This document shows, piece by piece, positions 26,262-37,300 of a stretch of 64,000 nt of DNA. The stretch is from contig CAYRHT010000001.1 of NCBI GenBank assembly GCA_964424195.1, positions 70,102 to 134,101 on the forward strand, written 5' to 3'. Positions within the stretch are counted from its first letter, which is position 1; each line of letters begins with the position of its first letter. The position numbers and the translations under genes were made by a program. Below the pieces are notes generated by a model, which made no database searches, was not told where the DNA came from, and saw nothing but the letters and a program-made list of their open reading frames with translations. Source of the stretch: an uncultured Gammaproteobacteria bacterium (GTDB taxonomy: Bacteria > Patescibacteriota > Patescibacteriia > UBA1558 > S5-K13).

Positions 26262-27431
26262 TTATTTTATATAACTTAAAGGGTTTTGTTTGTATCCATT
26301 AACTCTAACTTCAAAATGCAAATGTGATCCAGTTGACCAACCAGTTGATCCCATAGCCATAATAGTTTGTCCTCGTGATACTTTTTCTCCTTTTTTAACA
26401 TACAACTTAGAAGCATGAGCATAAAGAGTTTGCATCCCATTTCCATGATCAACAATTAGATAGTAACCATAACCACCTCTACTCCAACCAGCAGTAGTAA
26501 CTGTTCCAGATTCAGCAGCATAAATAGGGGTGCCTAAAGGAGCTCCAATATCAATAGCTGCATGTCTCCACCAATAGTATTGAGTAATTCTTCGAGCACT
26601 ACTTGGCCATAATAGTCTAGTATTAGTATTTACATTTTTAGGAGTATTAAATATTGAACTAGGTTTAGTATAGGTAGTAACAACTGCTGCTGGTTTAACA
26701 CCATCAGGAATTATTAAATTATTTCCAATAGCTACTTGATCAACAGAACTTAATTTATTAGCCTCCAATATCTTATCAACTTCAGATTTGTATTTTTTAG
26801 CGATAGTAGATAATGATTCTCCTTTTTTAACTTTATGCAAAAGCCCAGTAGTTGGAAGTATTTTTATACTTTTACCAGGTCTAATTACAGAATAGTAAGT
26901 TAAATTATTACTCCATAGTATAGTAGCAACACTAATATCAAATTTTTGAGCAATACCACTAATAGTATCTCCCTCTTCAACAACATAATCAATTACTTTG
27001 TTCCGTGGTCCTTGTTTAGCTGCTTCTTCAGATATAGTAGTAGCTACTAAAGCAGTTTCTTCATTAGCAGTCATAGCGGGAGTTGGAGTATTATCAGAAA
27101 TATTTACTACAGCTTGAGGTAGAGGAGCTTCAATGGTAGCCTGTTCTGCTTCAACATTTTTCTTAGCAATAACTGCTGGACCTTCCTCTTCAATAATTTC
27201 ATCGTTATTAAAAAATTCATCAGTTTCTCGAATAACTATTTTAGACATAATAGTATTTTTACCAAATTCTTCTGGTTCAGGTAATTTAGCAAATAGATTA
27301 TTAGCAATTGTTAAAAAACCAATTCCAATTAAAAGTACATAAGTTAAAGTTTTTTTAAATTTTAATTGATAGTATTGAATATGCTTGTTATTTTCAATAT
27401 CTTTTTTATTATTTTTTTCTTTTACTTTCAA
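26262..27431 (-). CDS. Membrane-anchored LysM-LysM-M23 peptidoglycan endopeptidase
   Basis: N-terminal TM, two LysM motifs (DTISGIAQKF..., ESLSTIAKKY...), M23 catalytic HAAIDIG...D...HLHFEV. Confidence 0.8.
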   Translation of the reverse strand: MKVKEKNNKKDIENNKHIQYYQLKFKKTLTYVLLIGIGFLTIANNLFAKLPEPEEFGKNTIMSKIVIRETDEFFNNDEIIEEEGPAVIAKKNVEAEQATIEAPLPQAVVNISDNTPTPAMTANEETALVATTISEEAAKQGPRNKVIDYVVEEGDTISGIAQKFDISVATILWSNNLTYYSVIRPGKSIKILPTTGLLHKVKKGESLSTIAKKYKSEVDKILEANKLSSVDQVAIGNNLIIPDGVKPAAVVTTYTKPSSIFNTPKNVNTNTRLLWPSSARRITQYYWWRHAAIDIGAPLGTPIYAAESGTVTTAGWSRGGYGYYLIVDHGNGMQTLYAHASKLYVKKGEKVSRGQTIMAMGSTGWSTGSHLHFEVRVNGYKQNPLSYIK

Positions 27432-27772
27432 TGATAATCTATATGTTTTAAAGATAATTGGTTTTAGTATCTTCTGAGGTAACCAAAAAATAATCTTGAA
27501 TAAGATTGTTAAAAATTTAGATAAATAAACAAAAACAAACTTAATTGTTTTGATTAAATAAAGTAAAGAAAGTAGGAAATATCTGGTAATTTTGGTTGAA
27601 ATAATCTTAGGATTATTAATTAGGTAACAGTTATTATAGTAGAATAGAATGCTTTGAAAAGCAAGAGTAGAGTGTATTTTTCTTGCTTAAGATTGATAAA
27701 ATGATAGAATAAAGATGTAAGACTTGGAGTATGAGTTTTATATTTTTGATTTATAAAATTAAGAGTTGAAAT

Positions 27773-30700
27773 ATGGATTTAGCATATAATCATCAAGATA
27801 TAGAGCCGAAATGGCAAAAAAAATGGGAAGATTCTCATGTTTTTAGAGCTAATGATAAATCTAAAAAAGAAAAAAAATATGTTTTAGATATGTTTCCTTA
27901 TCCTTCTGGAGCTGGATTACATGTTGGTCATCCCGAAGGCTATACAGCTACTGATATTTATTCTCGTTATTTAAGAATGAAGGGCTATGAAGTAATTCAT
28001 CCTTTAGGATGGGATGCTTTTGGTTTGCCTGCTGAAAACTATGCAATTAAGATTGGAGTTCATCCTCAAAAGAGCACTCAAGAAAATATTGCTAATTTTA
28101 CTAAACAAATAAAGAGTTTAGGTTTTTCCTATGATTGGGAAAGAGAAATAAATACTTCTGATCCAAGTTACTACAAGTGGTCTCAATGGTTTTTCTTACT
28201 CTTATACAAAAATAACTTAGCCTATCAGAAAAAAGCCCCAGTTAATTGGTGTGAATCTTGTCAGACTGTTTTAGCCAATGAACAAGTAGTCGATGGAAAA
28301 TGTGAGCGTTGTCAGAGTGAAGTTATTCAAAAAGATTTAAAACAATGGTTTTTTAAGGTAACTGAATATGCTGATGAGTTAATTAATGGTTTAGATAAAT
28401 TAGAATGGTCTCATGCTTTGAAAACTATGCAAAAAAATTGGATTGGAAAGTCAGAAGGAGCTGAAATTGATTTTCAAATTAAATCTACAAAATTAAAAGT
28501 CACAGAGTTTAAGAAAATATATTTTGCAACAGGGAATAAATCTAAATTAAAAAGATTACAAAAATTATTTAAAAAAATTAACCCCAAAATTAAAATTGAA
28601 CAAGTTCCTGATTATGTGGATGTAGTAGAAGATGGAAAAGATGCTTGGGAAAATTCATTAAAGAAAGCAAAGCCTTATCAAGGAAAATATGATCTACCAG
28701 TTTTGTCTATGGACACTGCTGTTTTCTTTAGTAATGAAGATAAGGTTGATCCTTTAGCTCCTAAAAGGTCTTGTTTAGGGGGAGTTGATGAAAAAGATTT
28801 AAGCCAAGAAGAAATTGCAGAAAAAGCCTTAGAATTTTACAAAAGCATTGCTCAGAAAAATGGTGGAGAAAAAGAATTCTATTATGAAGATTTCTGGACA
28901 ATTTTGTATCCTAATGGAGAATATCAACAAAGTAAAAATAGGAGAGAATATATTTTAACTGATCAGGAAGCTGGTGATTTAGATATCTATTTCCCAATGA
29001 AAAATTTATATTATTCAAAAGTTAGCGGAAAGAGATTTTTTGAAAATACTAATGAAGATTATTTTAAAGAATTTGCATCTCAGATTAATGCTTTGAAAGA
29101 ATTGGTTTTAGCAAAGACTATTAAAGTTTTTACAACTCGACCAGATACTTTGTATGGAGCAACGTATATGGTTTTAGCTCCGGAACATAAATTAGTTCAA
29201 GATTTAAAGAGTCAAATTGAGAATTTTGATGAAGTAGAAAAATATATTGAAACTACTAAGAAAAAAAGTGACTTAGAAAGAACAGATTTGAATAAAAATA
29301 AGAGTGGAGTGGAATTAAAAGGTTTAAAAGCTATTAATCCAGTTAATAATCAAGAATTACCAGTATATATTTCTGATTATGTTTTAGCTAGCTATGGAAC
29401 GGGAGCAATTATGTGTGTGCCAGCTCATGATCAGCGAGATTTTGAATTTGCTCAGAAATTTAAGCTACCAATTATTGATGTAGTTAAATCTGAACGAAAA
29501 ACTAAAGTTTTAATTGTTCATGGATTTATGGCAAATAGTAAGAGTGATTGGTTTCCGTGGCTTAAAAAAGAATTAGAGCAAAAGAATTACGAAGTTGTAA
29601 CTCCTGATATGCCAAATACAGAGCATCCAATTCGAAAAGATTGGCTAAAGAGTTTGGAGACTATAATTAATGATTTTACAGAAAATGATATTGTTATTGG
29701 TCATAGTATGGGAGCTTTTGCAGCTCAATATTTAGCTCAAAAAACTAAAATTAATAAATTATTTTTGATTGCTCCGGTTTCTGAATTCATGGTTAATGAT
29801 GAAACTAGAGTAGAGAGTATTAAAAATACTTTTACAGAAGAACAGATAGAAATATTAAGAAAGTTTACAGATTATAAATTAGATTATCAGAGTATTAATG
29901 CCAATGTAGAGAAAATTTATGCTTATTTCTCAGACGATGATCCATATACCTCTACTAAACAGCAAGAACAATTAACAAAAAAATTACCAGGTAAATATAT
30001 GGTTTTGAATAAAAAAGGTCATATTAATGTTAGTGATAGTAGAACCAGTGTTTCAGAATTACCAGAAATTATTCCAGACATCGAAGAAAAGATTAGAGCT
30101 ACAGAAGCTAATGGTTTAATGGAGAATTCCGAAGAATTCAGTGGTATGGACTCTGAAAAAGCCAAGAAAAAAATTACTAAAAAAGCTGACGGTGAATTAA
30201 CTACTCAATACAAGATTAGAGACTGGTTAGTTTCTCGACAAAGATATTGGGGAGCTCCAATTCCAATTATTCATTGTTCTAAATGTGGTTCAATTCCGGT
30301 TCCAGAAAAAGACTTACCAGTTCTTTTACCTAATGATGTAAAAGATTTTAGACCAACTGGACAACCACCACTAGCTTCATCCAAAGAATTTAATAAAAAT
30401 GTAAAATGCCCTAAATGTGGAGCTAATGCTACTCGAGAACATGATACTATGGATGGTTTTGTGGATAATTCTTGGTACTATTATCGTTATTTAGATCCTA
30501 AAAATGAAAAGGAATTTTGTTCTAAGAAATTAATTAAAGAATGGATGCCTGTAGAAACCTATGTAGGTGGAACTGAACATGCTGTTGGTCATTTAATCTA
30601 TTCTAGATTTTTTACTAAAGTTTTAAGGGATAATGGTTACTTAAAATTTGATGAACCATTTTTAAAATTAATTAATCAAGGATTAATTTTAGGAACTGAT

Positions 30701-31378
30701 GGACAAAAGATGAGTAAGAGTTTAGGAAATGTGGTAAATCCTGATGAAGTAGTTAAAGAATATGGAGCTGATAGTTTTAGAATGTATGAAATGTTTATGG
30801 GTCCTTTAGAAGATTCTAAACCTTGGAATACGGATGGCATTAAAGGTTTAAGAAGGTTTTTAGACAAGAATTGGAATTATTTTTCAAATATTAGTTATGG
30901 AGAAGACTCTAATAATCAAGTAAATTCAAGTTTGCATAAAACTATTAAAAAAGTTAGTGAAGATATTCAAAACTTTAGATTTAATACAGCTATTAGTTCT
31001 CTAATGGTTTGTTTTAAAGAGGTTAATTCTTTAACCAATCCTCGGCCGGAGTTAATAAATCCATATTTAATTATGCTTTCTACTCTAGCTCCTCATATTG
31101 GAGAGGAGATTTGGAGTAAGTTAGGAAATAAAGGGTTTATTTGTCAGCAAGAATGGCCTCAGTATGACGAGAAGTTAATTGTTGAAGATAAAATAAATTT
31201 ACCAATTCAAATCAATGGAAAATTACGAGCTACTCTAGAAATAGAAGTAGATATTTCTGAAGATGCTTTGAAAAAACAGATTTTAGAATTAGAAAATTTA
31301 AATAAATATATTGAAGGTAAGGAAATTATTAAATTTATTTATATTAAGAATAAAATTGTTAATATTGTTATAAAATAA
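27773..31378 (+). CDS. leuS: Leucyl-tRNA synthetase with two inserted enzyme-like domains
   Basis: HVGH (HIGH) motif, TTRPDT, HDQRDFEFA, RDWLVSRQRYWGAPIP, KMSKS (QKMSKSLGN). At 1201 aa it is about 350 aa longer than bacterial LeuRS. Confidence 0.93.
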   Translation: MDLAYNHQDIEPKWQKKWEDSHVFRANDKSKKEKKYVLDMFPYPSGAGLHVGHPEGYTATDIYSRYLRMKGYEVIHPLGWDAFGLPAENYAIKIGVHPQKSTQENIANFTKQIKSLGFSYDWEREINTSDPSYYKWSQWFFLLLYKNNLAYQKKAPVNWCESCQTVLANEQVVDGKCERCQSEVIQKDLKQWFFKVTEYADELINGLDKLEWSHALKTMQKNWIGKSEGAEIDFQIKSTKLKVTEFKKIYFATGNKSKLKRLQKLFKKINPKIKIEQVPDYVDVVEDGKDAWENSLKKAKPYQGKYDLPVLSMDTAVFFSNEDKVDPLAPKRSCLGGVDEKDLSQEEIAEKALEFYKSIAQKNGGEKEFYYEDFWTILYPNGEYQQSKNRREYILTDQEAGDLDIYFPMKNLYYSKVSGKRFFENTNEDYFKEFASQINALKELVLAKTIKVFTTRPDTLYGATYMVLAPEHKLVQDLKSQIENFDEVEKYIETTKKKSDLERTDLNKNKSGVELKGLKAINPVNNQELPVYISDYVLASYGTGAIMCVPAHDQRDFEFAQKFKLPIIDVVKSERKTKVLIVHGFMANSKSDWFPWLKKELEQKNYEVVTPDMPNTEHPIRKDWLKSLETIINDFTENDIVIGHSMGAFAAQYLAQKTKINKLFLIAPVSEFMVNDETRVESIKNTFTEEQIEILRKFTDYKLDYQSINANVEKIYAYFSDDDPYTSTKQQEQLTKKLPGKYMVLNKKGHINVSDSRTSVSELPEIIPDIEEKIRATEANGLMENSEEFSGMDSEKAKKKITKKADGELTTQYKIRDWLVSRQRYWGAPIPIIHCSKCGSIPVPEKDLPVLLPNDVKDFRPTGQPPLASSKEFNKNVKCPKCGANATREHDTMDGFVDNSWYYYRYLDPKNEKEFCSKKLIKEWMPVETYVGGTEHAVGHLIYSRFFTKVLRDNGYLKFDEPFLKLINQGLILGTDGQKMSKSLGNVVNPDEVVKEYGADSFRMYEMFMGPLEDSKPWNTDGIKGLRRFLDKNWNYFSNISYGEDSNNQVNSSLHKTIKKVSEDIQNFRFNTAISSLMVCFKEVNSLTNPRPELINPYLIMLSTLAPHIGEEIWSKLGNKGFICQQEWPQYDEKLIVEDKINLPIQINGKLRATLEIEVDISEDALKKQILELENLNKYIEGKEIIKFIYIKNKIVNIVIK
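28478..29119 (+). other. LeuRS insertion 1 (about aa 236-449) with a Ham1/RdgB-like ATGNxxK motif
   Basis: KKIYFATGNKSKLKRLQKLF...DLPVLSMDTAVFF lies between the LeuRS blocks SEGAEIDF and KVFTTRPDT. It resembles the N-terminus of non-canonical NTP pyrophosphatases. This assignment is tentative. Confidence 0.4.
29495..30067 (+). other. LeuRS insertion 2 (about aa 575-765): YdeN/RBBP9-type alpha/beta serine hydrolase domain
   Basis: KVLIVHGFMANSKSDWFPWLKKELE...IVIGHSMGA (GxSxG nucleophile elbow) lies between HDQRDFEFAQKFKLPIIDVV and YKIRDWLVSRQRYWG. Confidence 0.6.
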
Positions 31379-31389
31379 AAATAAAAAAT

Positions 31390-32616
31390 ATGCCAGAACA
31401 ACCAAAGCCAATTGAAACTAAGAAGAGGTTTCCTAAATTACCAAAGTTTATTAGAACCTTTTTACCTCATAAAATGAAAAGACAAGTAAAAGAATTATTT
31501 GTAGCAAGTATTATTGTTAATTTTGCTTTAGCAATGGTTCAAATCTTTGAACCAATCTATTTATATCAAATGGGCTATTCTTTAACTAAGATTGCTCTTT
31601 TTTATTTAGTAGTTTATGCTCTATATTTTTTCTTAATTCCTTTTGGAGCTAAATTTGCTAATCGTTATGGTTATGAAAATGGAATGCTTCTAGGTTCTGC
31701 CTTATACGTAGTTTTCTACATCTCTTTATTCTTAATTCCTCAATTCCCATTTTTGTTTTTTGTTTCTGCTGTAATTTACACTCTCCAAAAGATATTTTAT
31801 TGGCCAGCTTTTCATGCTGATTTTGCTCACAATTCAGAAGATAGTGAAGAAGCACGAGAAATTAGTTCCATTAGCGTTTCCAATGCTATTATGTTTATTT
31901 TAGGACCAATAATTGGTGGTTTAATTATTACTTACTTTGGTTTTGCAGCTTTGTTTTTAATAGTATCTGTTTTATGTTTAGTTTCTAATATCCCAATGCT
32001 CTTAACTAAAGAAGATTTTGATATTCGAACTTATGCCTATATCCGTGTTTTTGATATCTTTAGAAAGGGCAATATTAGAAGCCTTTTTGCTTGTATTGGT
32101 TATGCCGAGGAATTAATTGTGATGGTAATTTGGCCGATATTTATGTCAGTAGTGATTATTAGTTATTCAAGAATTGGTGCTCTAGTTGGTTTAGCTACTG
32201 GTATTACTTTGCTTGTTACTTTGTATGTTGGAAGAATGTGTGATCGAAGAGACAAAACAAAGATTTTGAAATTTGGTTCTATTATCTATGCTTTAAGTTG
32301 GTTAATTAGGATTTTTACTAAAGCTCTAACACCAATATTTTTGATTGATACTACTTCGAAGATTTCTAAAACTACTATTGATGTTCCAATCCGAGCTTTA
32401 TTTTACGAAAAAGCTAAAGCTGGTAGAAAGAAAAACAATAATGGTATTATGGAGAATGTTGTTAATTATGAAGCTGGTTTAGTTATTGGTAAAGTACTAG
32501 CTTGTCTATTTATAATTGGAACAATTGCAATCTTCTCTTTAGAAGATGCTGGAGGATTTACAGCTAGTTTTATTTTCGCTGCTCTAGCTTCCTTACTTTA
32601 TATGTTATACAAATAG
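31390..32616 (+). CDS. MFS-type polytopic membrane transporter (putative)
   Basis: 408 aa, about 12 hydrophobic helices. Loose MFS-like layout, no strong motif. Confidence 0.5.
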   Translation: MPEQPKPIETKKRFPKLPKFIRTFLPHKMKRQVKELFVASIIVNFALAMVQIFEPIYLYQMGYSLTKIALFYLVVYALYFFLIPFGAKFANRYGYENGMLLGSALYVVFYISLFLIPQFPFLFFVSAVIYTLQKIFYWPAFHADFAHNSEDSEEAREISSISVSNAIMFILGPIIGGLIITYFGFAALFLIVSVLCLVSNIPMLLTKEDFDIRTYAYIRVFDIFRKGNIRSLFACIGYAEELIVMVIWPIFMSVVIISYSRIGALVGLATGITLLVTLYVGRMCDRRDKTKILKFGSIIYALSWLIRIFTKALTPIFLIDTTSKISKTTIDVPIRALFYEKAKAGRKKNNNGIMENVVNYEAGLVIGKVLACLFIIGTIAIFSLEDAGGFTASFIFAALASLLYMLYK

Positions 32617-33432
32617 ATGTCTCTTTTAGAAGAAACAAAATTTTTCTTAAAACAGAATAATATTTTGCCTAGTAAATCAAGAGGGCAGAATTTTTTAATT
32701 TCTGAAGATGTTTTAGAAAATATTATATCTTCAGCAAATTTAAAGTCCGGAGAAAATGTTTTAGAGATTGGTCCCGGAATTGGAACATTGACCAGAGCTT
32801 TGATAAGAGAAAATGTAAATTTAAAAGTTATTGAATTGGATAAAGAATTAGTTAAAGTTTTGGAACCTCTAGCAAAATTAAATAATTTTGAAATAATTTT
32901 TAATGATGTTTTAAAGATTAATCTAGAAAAGATTTTAGCAATTGATTTTTTAAAAAATTACAAAATTGTTTCAAATTTACCATATAATATTACTTCTCGT
33001 TTTTTAAGAATTTTTTTAGAACATCAATATCCACCGCAAGAAATGGTGTTAATGTTACAAAAAGAAGTGGCGGAGAGGATAATAAACAAAGATGGTAAAT
33101 GGTCTAAATTATCAGTGATGTGTAATTTCTATGCTACTCCTGAATACCTATTTACAGTCTCTAAAAGTAGTTTTTTACCAGAACCTAAAGTAGAATCAGC
33201 AGTGATTAAATTTAAAATTAAAACTCCTCCTCAGATTGATCAGCAGAAATTCTGGCAATTGGTTAAGGTAGGTTTTTCTTCTAAACGAAGGACTTTAATT
33301 AATAATTTAGCTAGTGGTTTAAAAATTGAAAAAGAGAAAGCTAAAGAGATTTTAGAAAACGTTGGTCTAGATCAGAAAATTAGAGCGGAAAAGTTAGAAA
33401 TAGAGGATTGGATTAATTTGTCATCTGGATAA
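32617..33432 (+). CDS. rsmA: 16S rRNA (adenine1518/1519-N6)-dimethyltransferase KsgA/RsmA
   Basis: RGQNFLISEDVL...LEIGPGIGTLT SAM motif and NLPYNIT. Confidence 0.85.
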   Translation: MSLLEETKFFLKQNNILPSKSRGQNFLISEDVLENIISSANLKSGENVLEIGPGIGTLTRALIRENVNLKVIELDKELVKVLEPLAKLNNFEIIFNDVLKINLEKILAIDFLKNYKIVSNLPYNITSRFLRIFLEHQYPPQEMVLMLQKEVAERIINKDGKWSKLSVMCNFYATPEYLFTVSKSSFLPEPKVESAVIKFKIKTPPQIDQQKFWQLVKVGFSSKRRTLINNLASGLKIEKEKAKEILENVGLDQKIRAEKLEIEDWINLSSG

Positions 33433-33507
33433 AAAGTTAGTATAATTAATATACAATATTATTAAGTCTAACTTGGTTTGGAGTTATTTATTTAGTTAAA
33501 TTAATAT

Positions 33508-34314
33508 ATGAGTGATTCATTTTTTAAAAACGATTTAGAGTCAGAAGAAGCTTCTTTAGAAGAGAGTGTTGAGGGCCAGGATAAGAAATTATTTTCTAAA
33601 ATAAATAATCGTTTTTCTGATGATAAAAAGAATGCAAAAATAATAATTTTTGTTGGTGTTTTAGCTTTAGTTTTAGGTGCTTGGCATTTATTATCAGAAG
33701 TTAAAAATGCCTTTGTATTTTCACCACTTGTTTTAGAGGATAAGACAGATGTTATTGATGGTTTGAATAGAATTAAGGACACAGATGGTGATGGCATATC
33801 AGATTATGATGAAAAATATATTTATAGTACTAGTCCTTATTTAGCAGACACTGATAGTGATGGCATCTCAGACTATGATGAAATTATGGCTGGACAAGCT
33901 CCATTATGTGTAGGAAATACTTGTGCAGATAACTTAGAAGAGAACTTTAATTCAGAATCTTCTGAAGTTGAAAATGGAAAATTGATGAATTTAGAAGAAT
34001 TGAAAGATTATTTAGTTGAAGCTGGTTATCCAGAATCAGAAGTTAATAAATTAAGTGAAGAAGATTTAAAATTGATTTATGCAGAAGTAGAAAAATCAGT
34101 GGGTAATGAAGAATATACTTATTCTGATATAGAGACAGATCAATCTGCTAGTGGAGAATCTCCTTCAGCAGAACAATTAGAACAATTGCAGAATTTACCA
34201 ATTGAGCAAATTAAAGAACTTTTAGTTCAAGGTGGAGCAACAATGGAACAATTGAATTCTATCTCCGAAGGAGAATTAAGAGGATTATATTTAGAAGCTT
34301 TAAAAAGCTTATAG
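33508..34314 (+). CDS. Membrane-anchored acidic protein with DxDxDG calcium-loop repeats
   Basis: Single TM (IIIFVGVLALVLGAW), DTDGDGISDYDE and DTDSDGISDYDE loops, acidic C-terminus, 268 aa. Confidence 0.5.
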   Translation: MSDSFFKNDLESEEASLEESVEGQDKKLFSKINNRFSDDKKNAKIIIFVGVLALVLGAWHLLSEVKNAFVFSPLVLEDKTDVIDGLNRIKDTDGDGISDYDEKYIYSTSPYLADTDSDGISDYDEIMAGQAPLCVGNTCADNLEENFNSESSEVENGKLMNLEELKDYLVEAGYPESEVNKLSEEDLKLIYAEVEKSVGNEEYTYSDIETDQSASGESPSAEQLEQLQNLPIEQIKELLVQGGATMEQLNSISEGELRGLYLEALKSL

Positions 34315-34345
34315 TAAAGTTAGTCTTTAAAAATAAAAATTTAGT

Positions 34346-37300
34346 ATGACTCTAGCTAAAAACAAAAAGATATTTATTATTACATTTTTAATAGTTTTTT
34401 TATTTACAGCTAGTATTGGGGGTCTTACTTCTAAAAATGTTAAAGCTCAATTATTGCCAATGCCAGTTATAGATTGGACACCAGCAAAAGTAATAGTGGC
34501 AGATATTCCAGCAGAAACTCATTGGTGGGCAGATGTTGTTAGTTGGATCAAAGAAAAGAGTTTTACTAAAATTATAGCAAATGCTTTTAGTAGGACTTTT
34601 CAAAGGTATATGGAAACTTTGGCATATAATAGTGCTAGTTTTTTAGCAGGAGGTATTGAGGGTGGAAAAAGTGCTTGGAGTACTGATAATTGGAATTCAT
34701 ATATGGTGGATGCTAGGGATGCTGCTACAGCTGAATTTTTGGATTCTTTAGCTAGTGGTTATGATTTTGATATTTGTAAACCACCTGGTGGAATTAATAT
34801 CCAAAATAAAGTTAATTTGATTATATCAACTAATGAGGATAAAAGAGAACCAAGATGTTCTTTGAATGATATAAAAAAGAAATGGGGAGATTTAGGAGAG
34901 AAGCTTCAAAATGATCCTTTGACTTTAATGAAAATAAATAATCAATCTTTGAAAGAATTGGGTTTTGATAAGTTTACTTCTGGTTCAATGCCAACTCTTG
35001 ATGATTTTAATGAAGTTAGAGCTAAACTTTTACAAAGCAGTATTAATATCAAAGAATCAGATTTAGGATATATTCAAGAGGTTGAAAATGAACTTGCCCG
35101 ACAACAACAATTAAAAGAAGAAATGGCGGAAAAGGAAAGAATTAATCCAGACGGTTCAAAACCGAAGAGAAATCCAATAACCGGAGATGTAATTGTTCCA
35201 GCAGAGGTTGCTAAAGGTGACTTAGGAACAGTATGGAATACTTCTAAAGAATCAGCAGCGACTTTAAGTGATGATCCTGTAGTTAATATAGCAAATATAT
35301 TTTTAAATACCTTAGTAAGTAAAAGTTTAAGAGGCTTAATAAATAGATTATTTATTCCAAAGCCTCCTCAATATGATGAAGTTACTGAAGACAGAGGTTT
35401 AATATCTAATTTTAATAGAGAAGTTAATATTGTTGAAAAGACCTTTGCTCAAATTAAAAAGATTTCTTATAACATCAACTTGACTGATATAGATGTGATT
35501 GCTGAAATGGAAATGGATTTAGGTAATGATCTTCCTGGAATAATGAATAATAAGACTATTAGTTCTGATTTTGCTGAAGCTTTAAGAAAAGCTCAAGCTG
35601 GAGAAGTTCTTACTTTAAAAGAAGCTATTGAAGAAAATCTAGTAGATCAGAATAAATGGTTTGGATATATTGATGTAGCTAGTCAAAATCCTAAGCAACC
35701 TAGTGTAGTTGAAGGATTTTCGGCTGATAATATTAAAAAATTAGTTAAGAATAGGGTTGTTTCTGTGGGTTGGCTTTTTGCAGCTGAAAAAATAAAAGAA
35801 CTTAAGGGACAAATAATTAGAGGTTGTAGTTCCCAAGGATGTACCTTAGAAAATGTTTTAGAAGAATATGATAAATCTGGAACTTATAATGTTCTTGAGA
35901 ATGAAGGAGAAGACCCTCAAATTTATAAAAATGAATATTGTGGTTGGCGATCAATTAATGCTGAACCATATTTTATAGATATTAATAATGCTAATGATTG
36001 TGAATTAAATGAAGCTGGTCAGTTTAATGGAATTAGTGGTATAGAATTGAAATGGTCAGGGGCTAGTGATTCTATTTCTGGTAAATGTTACAGATATGAA
36101 GATCTTAATGGCGATAGTATTATTGATGAGATTAGTTTAGAGGCTGAAAATCGAGAAACTTGTGAAACTCTTGAGCCATCATTTGAACCAGAAGTTAATG
36201 GTTTAGGTGGATATTATTATTACGAATGGGAACCAGGTGGATGTCTAATTAAAGAATTAGACGAATCACCTTTATGTCATTTAGTTGATCCAAATACTGT
36301 TTTGAAAGCTCCGGCTCAACAATGTGGAGCAGAAGGTTATTATAGTATCCTAGAAACTAGAAATACTGGTAGTCGTCAGGAAGATTGTGCTGATGTTAAA
36401 CATTGTATTGAAGAAGATGATGATGGAAGATGTGTTGGTGGTTATGATTATTGTGTTAAAGAAGAAAACATTTGGCGTTTTAATGGCGATTCTTGTAGCA
36501 AGCAATTTAATTCTTGTACTACTTTAATTGATGATCAAGGACAACGAGAATCTTACTTAATAGATACTTTAAGAGATTGTCCTCAAGAAGAAGTGGGCTG
36601 TCGGGACTATATTTTTGAAAAAGAACTTATAGATGATCAATATGTTTGGGATAATGATGCTCCAAAAGCTTATTTCAATTCTTCAGTAGAAGAATGTAAT
36701 GACAATGCTTTAGGATGTAATGAATTTATCCAGATTAAACCGGGAGTTAATTTAATAGCTAACGGCAGTTTTGAAATTAATGAGGGACCAGAAGATGAGA
36801 AACCAGATTTTTGGAATTTAAATAATGGGAGGTTTAGTTTAGAAAGAGATGCTTATTTAGGAAACTATTCTTTAAAACATATTGGCGGAAATGAAGATTT
36901 ATTATCAAAAGAAAATCTTTTAATTCCTGATAAAGGTTTATACACTTTAAGTTATTATGTTCGAGCTGAAGATTCAGATGTTCAAGTAAAACCTAAGCTT
37001 TTAGTTGCTAACCAAAATGGTGTAACTATCCCATTGTCTAATGAAGATGCTATATTTAATCCTGGAGAAGTAATTAATAATTGGCAAAGAGTTTCTGGAC
37101 ATTTTTCAATTCCAGAAAATCAAAATGTTATTAGTGTTGATTTAATATTTCAAATTAAAGGTGATGTTTATTTAGACGGTGTTCAATTAGAATTGAATGA
37201 GCTGGTAGATAGTGATCTTAATGAAGGAGAAGGAGATACAACTACTTATCAAGAATATGGACAAGTATCTCAAGCTTATTTTAAAAAAGCTCCAGATTAT

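Noticed and set aside
27432-27772. T-box riboswitch leader upstream of leuS (and similarly upstream of valS)
   Set aside because: The 340-nt leader has hairpins but no AAUUAGGGUGG-type T-box sequence or specifier-loop arrangement. The valS upstream region is too short (about 140 nt).
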